From positions 86,552,001 to 86,616,000 of the forward strand of contig NC_135809.1 in NCBI RefSeq assembly GCF_964213995.1: a stretch of 64,000 bases of DNA, read 5' to 3'. The notes beneath the pieces were generated by a model. That model was not told the origin of the DNA. It made no database searches and saw only the letters and a program-made list of their open reading frames with translations. Both the position numbers and the translations under genes were made by a program. Below, piece after piece: positions 12,262 to 23,847 of this stretch. Within the stretch, counting starts at the first letter, position 1. Each line of letters opens with the position of its first letter. This DNA is from Mustelus asterias. Lineage: Eukaryota.

Positions 12262-13160
12262 GGCTACACTTGAAAAGAGTGTTTAGACCCTTGGATGGTG
12301 AGCAGAGAGAAGATAAAGAGCAGGTGTTGCACCTTCTATGATTGCATGGGAAGGTGGCATTGGGGGAGATGGAGGAATGGACCAAGGTATCCTGGAGGGA
12401 ATGGTCCCTATGGAATGCTGACAGGAGGAGTGAGGGAAAGCTGTATTTGGTGATGGCATTCATGCTGGAGTTGGCGAAAAACCTTCTTGTCACTTGCCAT
12501 TTCAACATATCAGCCTGCTCTCCTGTTCACATGTCCATCCTTGGCCTGCTGCAATGTTCCAGTGAAGCCCAATACAAACTGGAGGAACAGCACTTCATGT
12601 TCCAATTAGGAACATTACAACCTTCTGGACTTAACAGTGTGTTCAACAACTTCAGACTATGAACTCTCTCCTCCATCTTTACCCTATTTTTATTTCTATC
12701 AATTTGTTTTCATTTCTTCCATTGATTCATCTTTCCATCCTTTTTTGTCCCACTTTCCATCTTTTCCCCCCCTTACCACTGTTTCTCTCCCCCCCCCCCC
12801 CCCCCTCCCCACCCCACTAGGGCCATCCGTTACCTGAACCAGGTTGTGCTTTGTCACTCTGCTTTGCTCTGATTTTGACACATTATGATCTCTTAATGTG
12901 CCACTATCTACACCCCTCTTGGCCATGATCACCACCATTTGCATCCCCTTTGCTCTTTTGTCCATTCAGCTTTGTCAATTTCTCCCCAGCCTTCAGTTAT
13001 CCAGTCCCTACTGCTCCCACCCTTCGCCACTGCAACAGTATGAATTTCATCCTATTTCCAGTTCTCTTTAGCTCTAATGAAGAGTCGTCATCCAGACTTG
13101 AATTGTTAGCTCTTCTCTCTCCACAGACGCAGTCAGACCTGCTGAGATTTTCCAGCATTT
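12262..13160 (+). mobile_element. Penelope-like element (second family) with inverted 5' part
   Basis: 12262-12478 on minus encodes the linker (AFHRDHSLQDTLVHSS...PCNHRRCNTC); 12480-12662 on plus encodes the GIY-YIG C-terminus (KLEEQHFMFQLGTLQPSGLN); 3' end carries a decayed hammerhead. Confidence 0.8.
13070..13111 (+). ncRNA. decayed minimal type I hammerhead ribozyme
   Basis: AGCT-CTAATGA-AGAGTC...GACTT-GAAT-TGTT-AGCT; core mutated from CTGATGA/GAAA. Confidence 0.5.
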
Positions 13161-13214
13161 TCTGTTTTTTGTTTTTGTGACAAAAATGTGGCAGTTGGGT
13201 TAAAAAAAATCTTT

Positions 13215-13920
13215 ATACTAGAGGACTAGAATAAAAAGAAGAAATTTTGCTACAGCTATTCAAAGTCTTGTTGGTTAAACCACATTTGGAGTATGTACAA
13301 TACTGGGCAATGCACTTTAGAAAGGATATTTTGGTCTGGGATGGAATGCTGCACATGTTCACCAGAATATTACCAGGCTTCCAAGGATGAGATTCTGAGG
13401 AGAGATTACAAAAACTGGGCTTGCACTTTCTTGAATATGAAAGGTTAAGGTGATTTGCTTGAGGTTTTTAGGATTTTGAAAGGAATTTATAGGTTAGATT
13501 TCTTTCCATTGGCAGGAGAGTTTAGGACAACGGCACATAAACTGAGCCAGGCCAATCTAGAGCGAAGTTAGGAAATATTTCTTCATGCAAAGCATGGTAG
13601 AAATATGGAACACTCTCCTACAAAAGGCAGTCAGTTTTAGCTCTAATCATTTTAAATGTGAGATTGCTAGATGTTGGACAACAATAGAAAAAGAAAAGCA
13701 AAATACTACAGATGTTGCAAATCTGAAATAACACAGAAAATGCTCAACAAGTCTTAACAGCAGCTGTGGAGAGAGAAAAACAAAATGTTATTTCCAAAAT
13801 GTTTTTGTTTTTATTTAAATGCATAAACACTTTTGGAATCAAGATTATGGAGTTAAGATATAAATCGGCTATGATCTTTTTGAATGGTAGGACAGGCTCT
13901 AGGGGCTGATTGACTTGATA
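13215..13920 (+). mobile_element. old CR1 3' fragment with a Penelope 3' end inserted at ~13690-13790 (-)
   Basis: LVKPHLEY- and FTRILPG-like degenerate CR1 C-terminus followed by a 3' UTR. Confidence 0.7.
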
Positions 13921-14429
13921 GTCGACATTTTGTCAGGAAGAGGAAAACAAGATGGGAAATGAGTGAGAACTGGGGAAACTGATGGTGAATTAGTGGTATT
14001 ATTGACGAATAGTCGGATCATGTTGCCTCTGAGTAAACAAGGTTGTCTACATTGTAACCTTCCTCTTCCTCCCCGTCATGGTCCTCTTCTGAATCTTTGT
14101 GACCCTGCTCCCAAGCGGTTTCCCCGATAGATATTGGCAAGACCTGTTCCCACATAATAACCAAATTGTAGACTAACTTGCATCATCATTTTGCTGTTCT
14201 GCACAATGCCAATGATTGTTAAGCACATGCTCACTTAAATGCCTTTACCAAGAAGGCATCACACAATTGCACCACAGGTCACATTTTTGAGTCTGATTTG
14301 GCCAAGTAGCACTACGTGGCTCAATTTAGTGCACATATTTTGTACCTCCTCGCTTGGTCAGTTTCAATTTGCTAATTCCTATCCAATAGTGCATTGCTGG
14401 ACTGCTTTTAATACACCTTTTTTTAAATG

Positions 14430-15150
14430 GTTACTTTTGGATGAGGCATTCAACCAAGGACCAGTGCCGGATTTAGACTTGGTGAGGCCCTAAGCTATAT
14501 AAAGCTTGGAGGCCCCTTGTTAAAAAGTTACACCAAAAGGTCTCACAAAGGTGCATACCAAAACAGGACCTTTGATCGCCACAAAAAAATTGAAAACATA
14601 ATAATGCCTTTTAATTATTTAATAGCAAGGTATTTAAAATGAAAAATACAAATTATTTTCAAATGAATGCATTTACTGATTACATATTTATCATTTGGCT
14701 GGCTTGATTTCTCTCATAGATTTTGGTAATTTTTTGAGTTGCTCTTCAAGCTGATGCTTTCTTTTTCTTTTCTGGTATCCGCTCTTAAATGTTCTCTTCT
14801 TTGTAAACCTTCTGAAATTTTGAGAGGCCCCTGCGGATTCTGAGGCCCTAAGCTGTCGCTTGTTTAGCTTGTGCCTAAATCCAGCACTGCCAAGGACCCA
14901 TCTGCCCCCTCAGGTAGACGTAAAAGATTCAATAGTATAGTGGGTGTCATAGCCAATATTTAACCTCGATCAACACAACTAAAAACAAACTATCTATTTA
15001 CTTTCACATTTCTGATTATGGCATCTTGTTCTGCGCAAAATGTCTGTGGTATTTCCTAAATTACAACAATGACTACACTTCAGAAGTACTTAATTTGTTG
15101 CAAAACACTTTACAATGCCCTTAGGATCTGAAAGTGCAAAATAAATACAA
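14430..15150 (+). mobile_element. Deu-domain SINE interrupted by a hAT MITE
   Basis: TTTGGATGAGGCATTCAACCAAGGAC | CCATCTGCCCCCTCAGGTAGACGTAAAAGAT...CTGCGCAAAATG...ATTACAACAATGACTACACTTCA. Confidence 0.7.
14462..14889 (-). mobile_element. 428-bp hAT MITE, copy 1
   Basis: 15-bp TIRs CAGTGCCGGATTTAG / CTAAATCCAGCACTG; perfect 8-bp TSD CCAAGGAC (14454-14461, 14890-14897); highly similar inverted copy at 34835-35260. Confidence 0.93.
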
Positions 15151-16359
15151 GACTGTACTTAATTCACTGTTAAACACTTTGGAATGCCCTGAGGACATGG
15201 AAGGTGCTAAGTAAGTCTTTCTGTTTTTTAACTACAGAACCCTTCTTGCAACAGAAGTAAATACAGGCAAATATACTAAACCCAAGTAACATGTCACAGT
15301 TTTATGTTCATTACAGTTAACAGCCTTGTGAAATAAAAGATTGTACTATGACCAATGTAATGAACTAAGGAGGAGTGCTCATCCAGTAGGCATCATATAA
15401 AGGCTATTCCTATTTGCATTTAACTGTTAGCAATTTTCATCTTTTGGCCCAAATATTAAAATACTCACCAAACTATGTAGATACAAAATTGAATTTTTTT
15501 TAGTTGCAGTGAGCTTCTCTTTGCAACCCACTGACCTGCCTTGCATCAGCACGCATTGACCCTTGTGCCTGTATGACACGCCTCAATGTCACTCTAAAGG
15601 TAGCTTGGTGCTTTGGTATCACTGAACCCTGTACAACACAGGAGTTTAAAAGTCGATTGTGTAATTTTGGCAAACACGAGAGTCATGCTGCCGTGTGCAA
15701 TTCATAAAGACTGTTGTGTGACATTTGTAGCATTTGACGTGAAACCAGTTGGCATTTATGACGATGATTGCTCTTGGCTGCAATGATCAGCCCACACAAA
15801 GGCAGTCATTTTTGGTTTATTTAATTTTGACCGTCCAATATTTGTAATATAAGTTTGGAAATTCCAGCTGGCAAAAGAGCTTTCCTGGCAGAAACTGTTC
15901 GTGTGGGTTGGGAAGTCATCAATTCAGGAACTTGTTCCCTTTCCACTTGTTCAGGGCTTTGGATGAATTTCCTTATCTAGTTGTGTGCCAGCAGTACATT
16001 CCTGCACAGTATGTGCAAGAGCTTCATTTTACATTAAAGAGCAATGACAAAAGTCTCTGAAACTCCTGACATCTCATTCAGAAGATATCAAGCTTTTCTT
16101 TAAGGAAGGCCATCCTTTCTGAGTCCTGTTGTCCACATGTCAGAAGTTACCACTAATGCCTCCAGTGCCTTTATACTCATTTTTGGAAATGGCTCATTTC
16201 TACAATGTTATTGTTGTCACATAACTATAACTATGACAAGGGATATTGCAACTCAGAAAGAAGTGCAAAGATTTCTATATGTCGCAATTGATTTGTTCTT
16301 AGTCCACATGTAGTAACAGTTTAATATAGACTTAAAACCACATCACTCTGTCCTTGAGA

Positions 16360-16830
16360 AAATGGTAATGAGCCACTGCCACCGTTTTTTTGACCACTGC
16401 AATCCATGTGATGAAGGCACTGTCACAGTGCTGTTAAGTAAGGAGCTCCAGGAATTTGACCAAGCAATGTTAAAGGGAAAGTGATATACTTCTAGTTAGT
16501 TTGGTGTGTGATTTGAGGGCAGCTTCAAGGTGGTAGTGTTCCCAATTGCTTATATTCACAGGTTTGGAAGGTACTGACAATAAAATCTTGGTGAGTTATT
16601 GCAGTGCATTTTAGATGCTGTACACTGTTGCCACTGTTTTTCAGTAGTAGAGTGAATGTTTAAGGTCATGGGTGGGGTGCCAATCAAGTGGGCTGCTTTG
16701 TCCTGGATGGTGTCAAGCTTCTTGAGTGCTGTTGGAGCTGCACTCATCCAGGTGAGTGGAGAGTATTCCATCGCATTCCTGACCTGTGCCTTGTAGATGG
16801 CGGTACACTCAAGCTGGGGTTTGTAGGTCT
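16360..16830 (-). mobile_element. CR1-group LINE 3' fragment
   Basis: AIYKAQVRNAMEYSPLTWMSAAPTALKKLDTIQDKAAHLIG, a typical CR1/L2-group ORF2 C-terminus. Confidence 0.75.
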
Positions 16831-17319
16831 GTGGCTGATTGAGCTTATACTGCAAAGCCAACAGCAGTCTCCTAAACTGAAAGTGAGCATCTTCCACCAA
16901 TCATGCTGCAGCTACAGTAATGGGTTAGCATTTGGGAAGCCCAGGCAAAGGCACGTGGAAAATACCCACAGAGGGACTGCACGAGAGGATTACTTGATGT
17001 TTGCCAACTAATGCAATACAGCATGTTTTGATTTCTAAATTTTGTTTAGACTTTTATTTTTCCATTATGGTCAAGAAACAGAGAGAAGGTGAAATGTGAG
17101 ATTGTTGTTGAATGGAAAATTGGTATTCAGGTTACTCGTATTGCAGTCGGGTGAGATGTTCATGGACAGCCTGGTCAGAAAGAGGCAATGTTGGTTGTCT
17201 CCTCCCTTCTTCTTCCTCCTGCTCCTTAGCTGCTCAGCATGAAGCTGGTGGTGAAGCTGTGCCCTCATGCTGACATGGTTGTGTAACATACAGCAGTACA
17301 CCCACTCAGTACTGCAACA

Positions 17320-19267
17320 ACAACAACTTATATTTACATGCTACCTTTATTGTAATGAAATATTCCAAGGTTCTTCACCGGAGCAATACAAGTATGACAC
17401 CAGGCATCTCTTGACAGGACAAAGTCACCAACTCAGAGGTCCTGGAGCTTGCTGATTCCATCAACCGACACTAATTGCTAAGCGAATGTCCTCTGTGTCA
17501 CCTCCGTCCATTTATAAATAATGACTGAGTACCCAAAGATATTCAATATCATAAGCTGGCCACTGGGTCGTGACCTCCTGAACATTGTACATCTATAAGG
17601 ACACCAGCAAGTGAGATAGTGATGGCAGATATTATCACTGACAATTGGGACACAGTCATTGATGGCTGTGACCATTGGAGGCTGTCTTTTGACAGGCTAA
17701 TGGAAGAAGCAAGCAGAAACAAAAAGCTAAGCTATCTGAGAAGAGGGTGCAGAGAAAACCAAAAGAGGCAAATCATCCCCTTCCCCAGCTCACTGTCTTC
17801 CTTTGTAGCAAATGTGGCGGAGATCCACCAGGCAAAGCATAGCTGTGTTAACCACCACAATACAAACCATCACTTTCTGCGATAGAAGGCTGCCACCCGA
17901 AAGACACCAAGCCACATAGGAGAACTCAGGTCAGATGATCGAAAGCTTGGTCAATGAGACTTAAAGATGGAAAGAAAGGTGGCAAGGTGTTGGAGGGAGT
18001 CCCAGAGCTTGGGGCCTAAGTGCTGAAGGCACCAGTGGTGGAGTAATTAAAATTGGGAATGCACAAGAAGCCAGGATTAGGGAAGAACAGATATCATGGA
18101 TGGTTGCACGAGATTTCATAAGTAGAAGTGAGATGATGAAGAGATTTGAAAACAGGGATGAGAATTTGAGTCAAAATATTGCTTGTCCGGGAGCCAATGT
18201 GGGTCATCAAGTACAAGGCTGAAAGAGGATCAGGACTTGCTATTAACACATGGACAGTTGTGTTTGGATGACCTTGAGTTCACAGAGGGCAGAGTATGGG
18301 CATGCAGTGAAGAGTGCATTGGAATAGTCAAGTCTAGAGGTAATGAAGGTATGAAAGGGTTTCAACAGCAGATGAGCTCAGCCAGGCAAAATCAGTTGTC
18401 ATTAAACAGATGTAAATAGACAGCCTTAGTGATAGCACAAATATGAGGTTTGAAAGCTCATCTTAGCATCAAGTATAACACACACGGATTGGTTTCACCT
18501 TCAAATATTGCCTTGCAGGGATGGTGTTATTAGCTCAGGAACAGAGTTTGGAGCAGGGACTGAAAACAATGACTTCAGCCTTCACAATATTTAACTGGAG
18601 GAAATTTTTACTCATCCAGCACTGTGTTGGATAAGCAGTTTGATAGTTTAGCAACAGTGGAGAAGTCGAGAAGGGTGGTGGTGAGGCAGAGCTGTGTGTT
18701 GTCAGTGTACATGTGAAACTAATGATGCACCTTTGGATGATGTCACCTAAGGGGCACCATATAGATGAGAAGGATAAATACTTGGGGGACACCAGAGGTA
18801 ACAGTGTAAGAGCAGGAAGAGAATCTGTATCTCAAGTGATTCTGTGGCTATGATTAGATAGATAAGAATGGAACCACATGAGAACAGTCCCACTTAGCTA
18901 GAGAGGCATTGGTGGAGGATGGTGTGGTCAATCATGTCAAAGACTGTAGACAGGTCAAGAAGGATGAGGAGGAAAAGTTTATCTTTGTCACAGTCTTGGG
19001 GAAGTTGAATGATCAGTTTAATGGGAATGGAATTGAGAGAATAAGAAATGGGTCTAAGGGATGAGCTCTGAGGGTATGAGAAGAGATTAGGAGAGAAACT
19101 AGAGAAGGATGTGGGTTTAGAATTAGGGTAGGTGGGAGTATTAAGGGGCCATTGACCTGGTGGGCTAGTGAAAGTGAAGGATATAGTAGAGAAAGCTGAT
19201 CAAATTGTCTCAATCTTAGTAACAAAAAAGTCCTTGAGTTCCTTGCACTTGCTGTTAGAAGTGAGGC
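17320..19267 (-). mobile_element. old L2 LINE, with an RTE fragment nested at ~17400-17900 (+)
   Basis: L2-type 3' end (CAACAACAACTTATATTTACAT); WMSKNFLQLNIVKAEVIVF, PLGDIIQRCIISF and SKCKELKDFFVTKIETI motifs on the minus strand. Confidence 0.75.
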
Positions 19268-19359
19268 GCCATGACCAGGTGCTAGACTTGGAAGTTGGTG
19301 TGCATTTTGGTGATAGTGACCACAATTCGGTTACGTTCACCTTAGTGATGGAAAGGGAT

Positions 19360-19717
19360 GAACGGCTTAGATAGGATGGACGTAGGGAAGTTGTTTCCAT
19401 TAACAGGGGAGACTAGGACGCGGGGGCACAGCCTTAGAATAAAAGGGAGTCACTTTAGAACAGAGATGAGGAGAAATTTCTTCAGCCAGAGAGTGGTGGG
19501 TCTGTGGAATTCATTGCCACAGAGGGCTGTGGAGGCCGAGACGTTGAGCGTCTTCAAGACAGAAATTGATAAATTCTTGATTTCTCGAGGAATTAAGGGC
19601 TATGGGGAGAGAGCGGGTAAATGGAGTTGAAATCAACCATGATTGAATGGTGGAGTGGACTCGATGGGCCGAATGGCCTTACTTCCGCTCCTATGTCTTA
19701 TGGTCTTATGGTCTTAT
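19360..19717 (+). mobile_element. 3' end of a second CR1 subfamily nested in the first
   Basis: GLDRMDVGKLFP...TRGHSLRI...FFSQRVVGLWNSLP; tail (GGTCTTAT)n; GGAT duplicated at 19356-19359 and 19718-19721; host frame MERD|RHEP rejoins. Confidence 0.93.
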
Positions 19718-21830
19718 GGATAGGCATGAACCTCGGGCCAGTGGTTTTAGCTGGGGGAAGGGTAATTATGAGGCTATTAGGAGAGAATTAGGAAACATAG
19801 GTTGGACTAGGAGATTACAGGGACTGGGAACGTCCGACATGTGGAGTTTTTTCAAGGAGCAGCTACTGCGAGTCTGTGATAGGTATGTCCCTGTCAGGCA
19901 AGGAGGAATTGGTAGGGCTAGGGAACCGTGGTGCACCAAAAAAGTTTCTTTGTTGGTTAAAAAGAAAAAGGAGGCTTATGTTCGGATGAGACGTGAGCAC
20001 TCGGGTAGTGCACTAGAAAGCTTTAGATTGGCTAAGAGGGAGTTGAAGAGCGAGCTTAGAAGGGCTAAAAGGGGACATGAGAAGACTTTGGCGGATAGGG
20101 TTAAAGAGAATCCTAAGGCGTTCTATAGGTATGTCAAGAACAGAAGGTTGGTTAGGGCAAGTTTAGGGCCAGTTATAGATGGCAGAGGGAAGTTATGTGT
20201 GGAACCGGAGGAGATTGGTGAAGCATTGAACCAATATTTCTCTTCGGTGTTCACGCAAGGGGACATGAATATAGCTGAGGAGGACACTGGGTTGCAGGGG
20301 AGTAGAATAGACAGTATTACAGTTGATAAGGAGGATGTGCAGGATATTCTGGAGGGTCTGAAAATAGATAAATCCCCTGGTCCGGATGGGATTTATCCAA
20401 GGATTCTCTGGGAGGCAAGAGAAGTGATTGCAGAGCCTCTGGCTCTGATCTTCAGGTCGTCGTTGGCCTCTGGTATAGTACCAGAAGATTGGAGGTTAGC
20501 GAATGTTGTCCCATTGTTTAAGAAGGGGAACAGAGACTTCCCCGGGAATTATAGACCGGTGAGTCTCACTTCTGTTGTCGGCAAGATGTTGGAAAAAATT
20601 ATAAGGGATAGGATTTATAGTTATTTGGAGAGTAATGAATTGATAGGTGATAGTCAGCATGGTTTTGTGGCAGGTAGGTCGTGCCTTACTAACCTTATTG
20701 AGTTTTTTGAGAAAGTGACCAAGGAGGTGGATGGGGGCAAGGCAGTGGACGTGGTATATATGGATTTTAGTAAGGCGTTTGATAAGGTTCACCATGGTAG
20801 GCTTCTGCAGAAAATGCAGATGTATGGGATTGGGGGTGATCTAGGAAATTGGATCAGGAATTGGCTAGCGGATAGGAAACAGAGGGTGGTGGTTGATAGT
20901 AAATATTCATCATGGAGTGCGGTTACAAGTGGTGTACCTCAGGGATCTGTTTTGGGGCCACTGCTGTTTGTAATATTTATTAATGATCTGGATGAGGGTA
21001 TAGTTGGGTGGATTAGCAAATTTGCTGATGACACCAAAGTCGGTGGTGTGGTAGACAGTGAGGAAGGGTGTCGTAGTTTGCAGGAAGACTTAGACAGGTT
21101 GCAAAGTTGGGCCGAGAGGTGGCGGATGGAGTTTAATGCGGAGAAGTGTGAGGTAATTCACTTTAGTAGGAATAACAGATGTGTTGAGTATAGGGCTAAC
21201 GGGAGGACTTTGAATAGTGTGGAGGAGCAGAGGGATCTAGGTGTATGTGTGCATAGATCCCTGAAAGTTGGGAATCAAGTAGATAAGGTCGTTAAGAAGG
21301 CATATGGTGTCTTGGCGTTTATTGGTAGGGGGATTGAATTTAGGAGTCGTAGCGTTATGTTGCAACTGTACACAACTCTGGTGCGGCCGCACTTGGAGTA
21401 CTGTGTGCAGTTCTGGTCCCCACATTACAGGAAGGATGTGGAGGCTTTGGAGAGGGTGCAGAGGAGGTTTACCAGGATGTTGCCTGGTATGGAGGGGAGA
21501 TCCTATGAGGAGAGGCTGAGGGATTTGGGATTGTTTTCGCTGGAAAGGCGGCGGCTAAGAGGGGATCTTATTGAAACATATAAGATGATTAGAGGTTTAG
21601 ATAGGGTGGATAGTGATAGCCTTTTTCCTCTGATGGAGAAATCCAGCACGAGGGGGCATGGCTTTAAATTGAGGGGGGGTAGTTATAGAACCGATGTCAG
21701 GGGTAGGTTCTTTACCCAGAGGGTGGTGAGGGATTGGAATGCCCTGCCAGCATCAGTAGTAAATGCGCCTAGTTTGGGGGCGTTTAAGAGATCCGTAGAT
21801 AGGTTCATGGACGAAAAGAAATTGGTTTAG
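19647..21830 (+). CDS. CR1 ORF2-derived reverse transcriptase ORF, endonuclease-less, uninterrupted (transposon ORF, not a host gene)
   Basis: 727-aa ORF with KSPGPDGIYPR, SQHGF, VYMDFSKAFDKV, GVPQGSVLGP, KFADDTK and FNAEKC; the first ~24 codons come from the nested insert's 3' UTR. Confidence 0.8.
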   Translation: MVEWTRWAEWPYFRSYVLWSYGLMDRHEPRASGFSWGKGNYEAIRRELGNIGWTRRLQGLGTSDMWSFFKEQLLRVCDRYVPVRQGGIGRAREPWCTKKVSLLVKKKKEAYVRMRREHSGSALESFRLAKRELKSELRRAKRGHEKTLADRVKENPKAFYRYVKNRRLVRASLGPVIDGRGKLCVEPEEIGEALNQYFSSVFTQGDMNIAEEDTGLQGSRIDSITVDKEDVQDILEGLKIDKSPGPDGIYPRILWEAREVIAEPLALIFRSSLASGIVPEDWRLANVVPLFKKGNRDFPGNYRPVSLTSVVGKMLEKIIRDRIYSYLESNELIGDSQHGFVAGRSCLTNLIEFFEKVTKEVDGGKAVDVVYMDFSKAFDKVHHGRLLQKMQMYGIGGDLGNWIRNWLADRKQRVVVDSKYSSWSAVTSGVPQGSVLGPLLFVIFINDLDEGIVGWISKFADDTKVGGVVDSEEGCRSLQEDLDRLQSWAERWRMEFNAEKCEVIHFSRNNRCVEYRANGRTLNSVEEQRDLGVCVHRSLKVGNQVDKVVKKAYGVLAFIGRGIEFRSRSVMLQLYTTLVRPHLEYCVQFWSPHYRKDVEALERVQRRFTRMLPGMEGRSYEERLRDLGLFSLERRRLRGDLIETYKMIRGLDRVDSDSLFPLMEKSSTRGHGFKLRGGSYRTDVRGRFFTQRVVRDWNALPASVVNAPSLGAFKRSVDRFMDEKKLV

Positions 21831-21927
21831 GTTGGAGGGTCACAGTTTTTTTTTTAACTGGTCGGTGCAACATCGTGGGCCGAAGGGCCTGTTCTGCGCT
21901 GTAATGTTCTATGTTCTATGTTCTATG

Positions 21928-22900
21928 ACTGCTGCCAAGATATTGGGCATTGACTTGTATGATTCACTGCATAAGGTTATGCACCAGATGGATATCACGG
22001 AAGCGAAATCTATTTCAGTAGAGGTACACCTTGAGTTGAGGCATGCCACCCACAAAATGATGTACCTGCAGTGAATGATGCCCTGTACCATGTGGAAACC
22101 TGAAATCCTTGTGAAACTCTGTGCTCGCTCTACCTGCTCCTCACTGACAAGATGTATTGAAGTGTTATCAACACACTTTGAATATGGAGTGCAAATTGTT
22201 GTGATATGATGGCTGGTATTTTACGACCTCGCTTGGGCGAGGCTCACAAAATCCTGCCTGAAACCAACGGAGAATTCTGTTCTGCGAGCCTCACCGCCCC
22301 AATTCCGGGGTGAGTGTGCCGGTAAAATTCCGGCCGATGGATATGTACCGATTTAAGAAGGTAGATCTTAAAACTGCTGTCAGTTACTACTACCTTGATA
22401 TATTAGTTCTATGACTTGCAGCAGCAGGTGGCAGGGGTCAGAGATGTAAACTGAACATCCTAGTTATCATTATTTGTATCTAGTTCTATCTTTAAATAAA
22501 GAAACCACACTATTATTTCGCCAAACTTTGTTGTGTGATTGTTGCATTCTTTGCCATTTGATGCAAGTGTAACAGCAGCTTGCCCTTGCACGGCAGTTGA
22601 TGGAAAACTGGGAAATGTCACTAATATTTTCTGCTCGAGCCTGGAAGGAGCCTAATGTATAAAAGTTCATGGCCACAATCACCTCCATAGCCACGGTCAG
22701 TGCCATTCTCACGCTGCTTTGTCGTTATGACTGCAGCCGGTGGCAGATTGCATTGAGAACCTCCATAGTGAGGTGTAGTCACCTCACAACGTTCCTCACT
22801 GAGGTTCAGGTAAGATAATTTTCTCCTCAGCACATTGATATGGCTTTCTGCAAAGAACGCTTCTGGCTCTCCACCTCCCTTTGCTCTCAACTTGTCCTGT
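21928..22900 (-). mobile_element. PIF/Harbinger transposase (HARBI1-like DDE nuclease) fossil
   Basis: LSYLNLSEERC, ALTVAMEVIVAMNFYTLGSFQ...DISQ, ERAQSFTRISGFHMVQGIIHC and VNAQYLGSS resemble Harbinger nuclease motifs. Confidence 0.8.
22211..22335. mobile_element. ~125-bp MITE (probable Harbinger group)
   Basis: TIRs GGCTGGTATTTTAC / GTAAAATTCCGGCC; GAT on both sides; inverted relative of 48930-49054. Confidence 0.75.
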
Positions 22901-23272
22901 TCTGTGTTGTCTCTACTCATTTTCCTAGTCATACTTTATTTCAAGGGGATGGCTGCTAGTGCCTCCATGCCTAAGAGCAATTACTGTGTGCAGAAGCCTT
23001 AATGTCAGGACCTGCCACACCACTCCATGTAACTTTATTGAATTCTAGAAAGCATCAAACACTTGTACAAACATAGCAATAGCCATAGAAATCATTCAGT
23101 AATGTATAAAAAGTTCATGGCCACAATCGCCTCCATTGAGAGAGTCATTGATGATTGCTATAAATAGCACGGTTGCAGGTTTCCTCTTGCTGTTAAACTC
23201 GTTTAGAGTTGTGTGTGATGGGTATTAACTGGAATGTTGGCCTTCAAAATGGCATTACTGGCACTGCGTGTC

Positions 23273-23847
23273 AGTAAGGAGTTTAACAACACCAGGTTAA
23301 AGTCCAACAGGTTTATTTGGTAGCAAATGCCATTAGCTTTCGGAGCGCTGCCCCTTTGTCAGGTGGAGTGGAGAAATGCTCTCAAACAGGGCATACAGAG
23401 ACACAAACTCAATTTACAGAATAATGATTGGAATGCAGTCTTTACAGATAATCAAGTCTTGAAGGTACAAACAATGTGAATGGAGGGAGTATTAAGCACA
23501 GGTTAAAGAGATGTGTATTGTCTCCAGACAGGACAGCCAGTGAGATTCTGCAAGTCCAAACAAGCCATGGGGGTTACAGATACTGTGACATGAACCCAAG
23601 ATCCCGGTTGAGGCCGTCCTCATGTGTGCAGAACTTGGCTATCAGTTTCTGCTCAGCGACTCTGCGCTGTCGTGTGTTGTGAAGGCTGTGTTGGAGAATG
23701 CTTACCCGAAGATCAGAGGCCGAATGCCCGAGACCGCTGAAGTGCTCCCCAACAGGAAGAGAACAGTCTTGCCTGGTGATTGTCGAGCGGTGTTCATTCA
23801 TCTGTTGTCGTAGCGTCTGCATGGTTTCCCCAATGTACCATGCCTCT
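23273..23847 (-). mobile_element. Penelope-like element, 5' truncated (GIY-YIG)
   Basis: AWYIGETMQTLRQQMNEHR...VAEQKLIAKF...GLNRD; same family as 60791-62479. Confidence 0.92.
23330..23366 (-). ncRNA. minimal type I hammerhead ribozyme (core slightly mutated)
   Basis: CCAC-CTGACAA-AGGGGC-AGC-GCTCC-GAAA-GC-TA-ATGG. Confidence 0.65.

Larger units (their letters stand above)
19270..21927 (+). mobile_element. young 5'-truncated CR1 LINE
   Basis: begins at the endonuclease end (HFGDSDHNSVTF), complete RT and C-terminus, tail (TGTTCTA)3; interrupted at 19360-19717. Confidence 0.97.

Noticed and set aside
19647-21830. Domesticated host RT gene or retron-like system
   Set aside because: Ordinary CR1 ORF2 with its own 3' UTR and microsatellite tail; intactness is explained by young age
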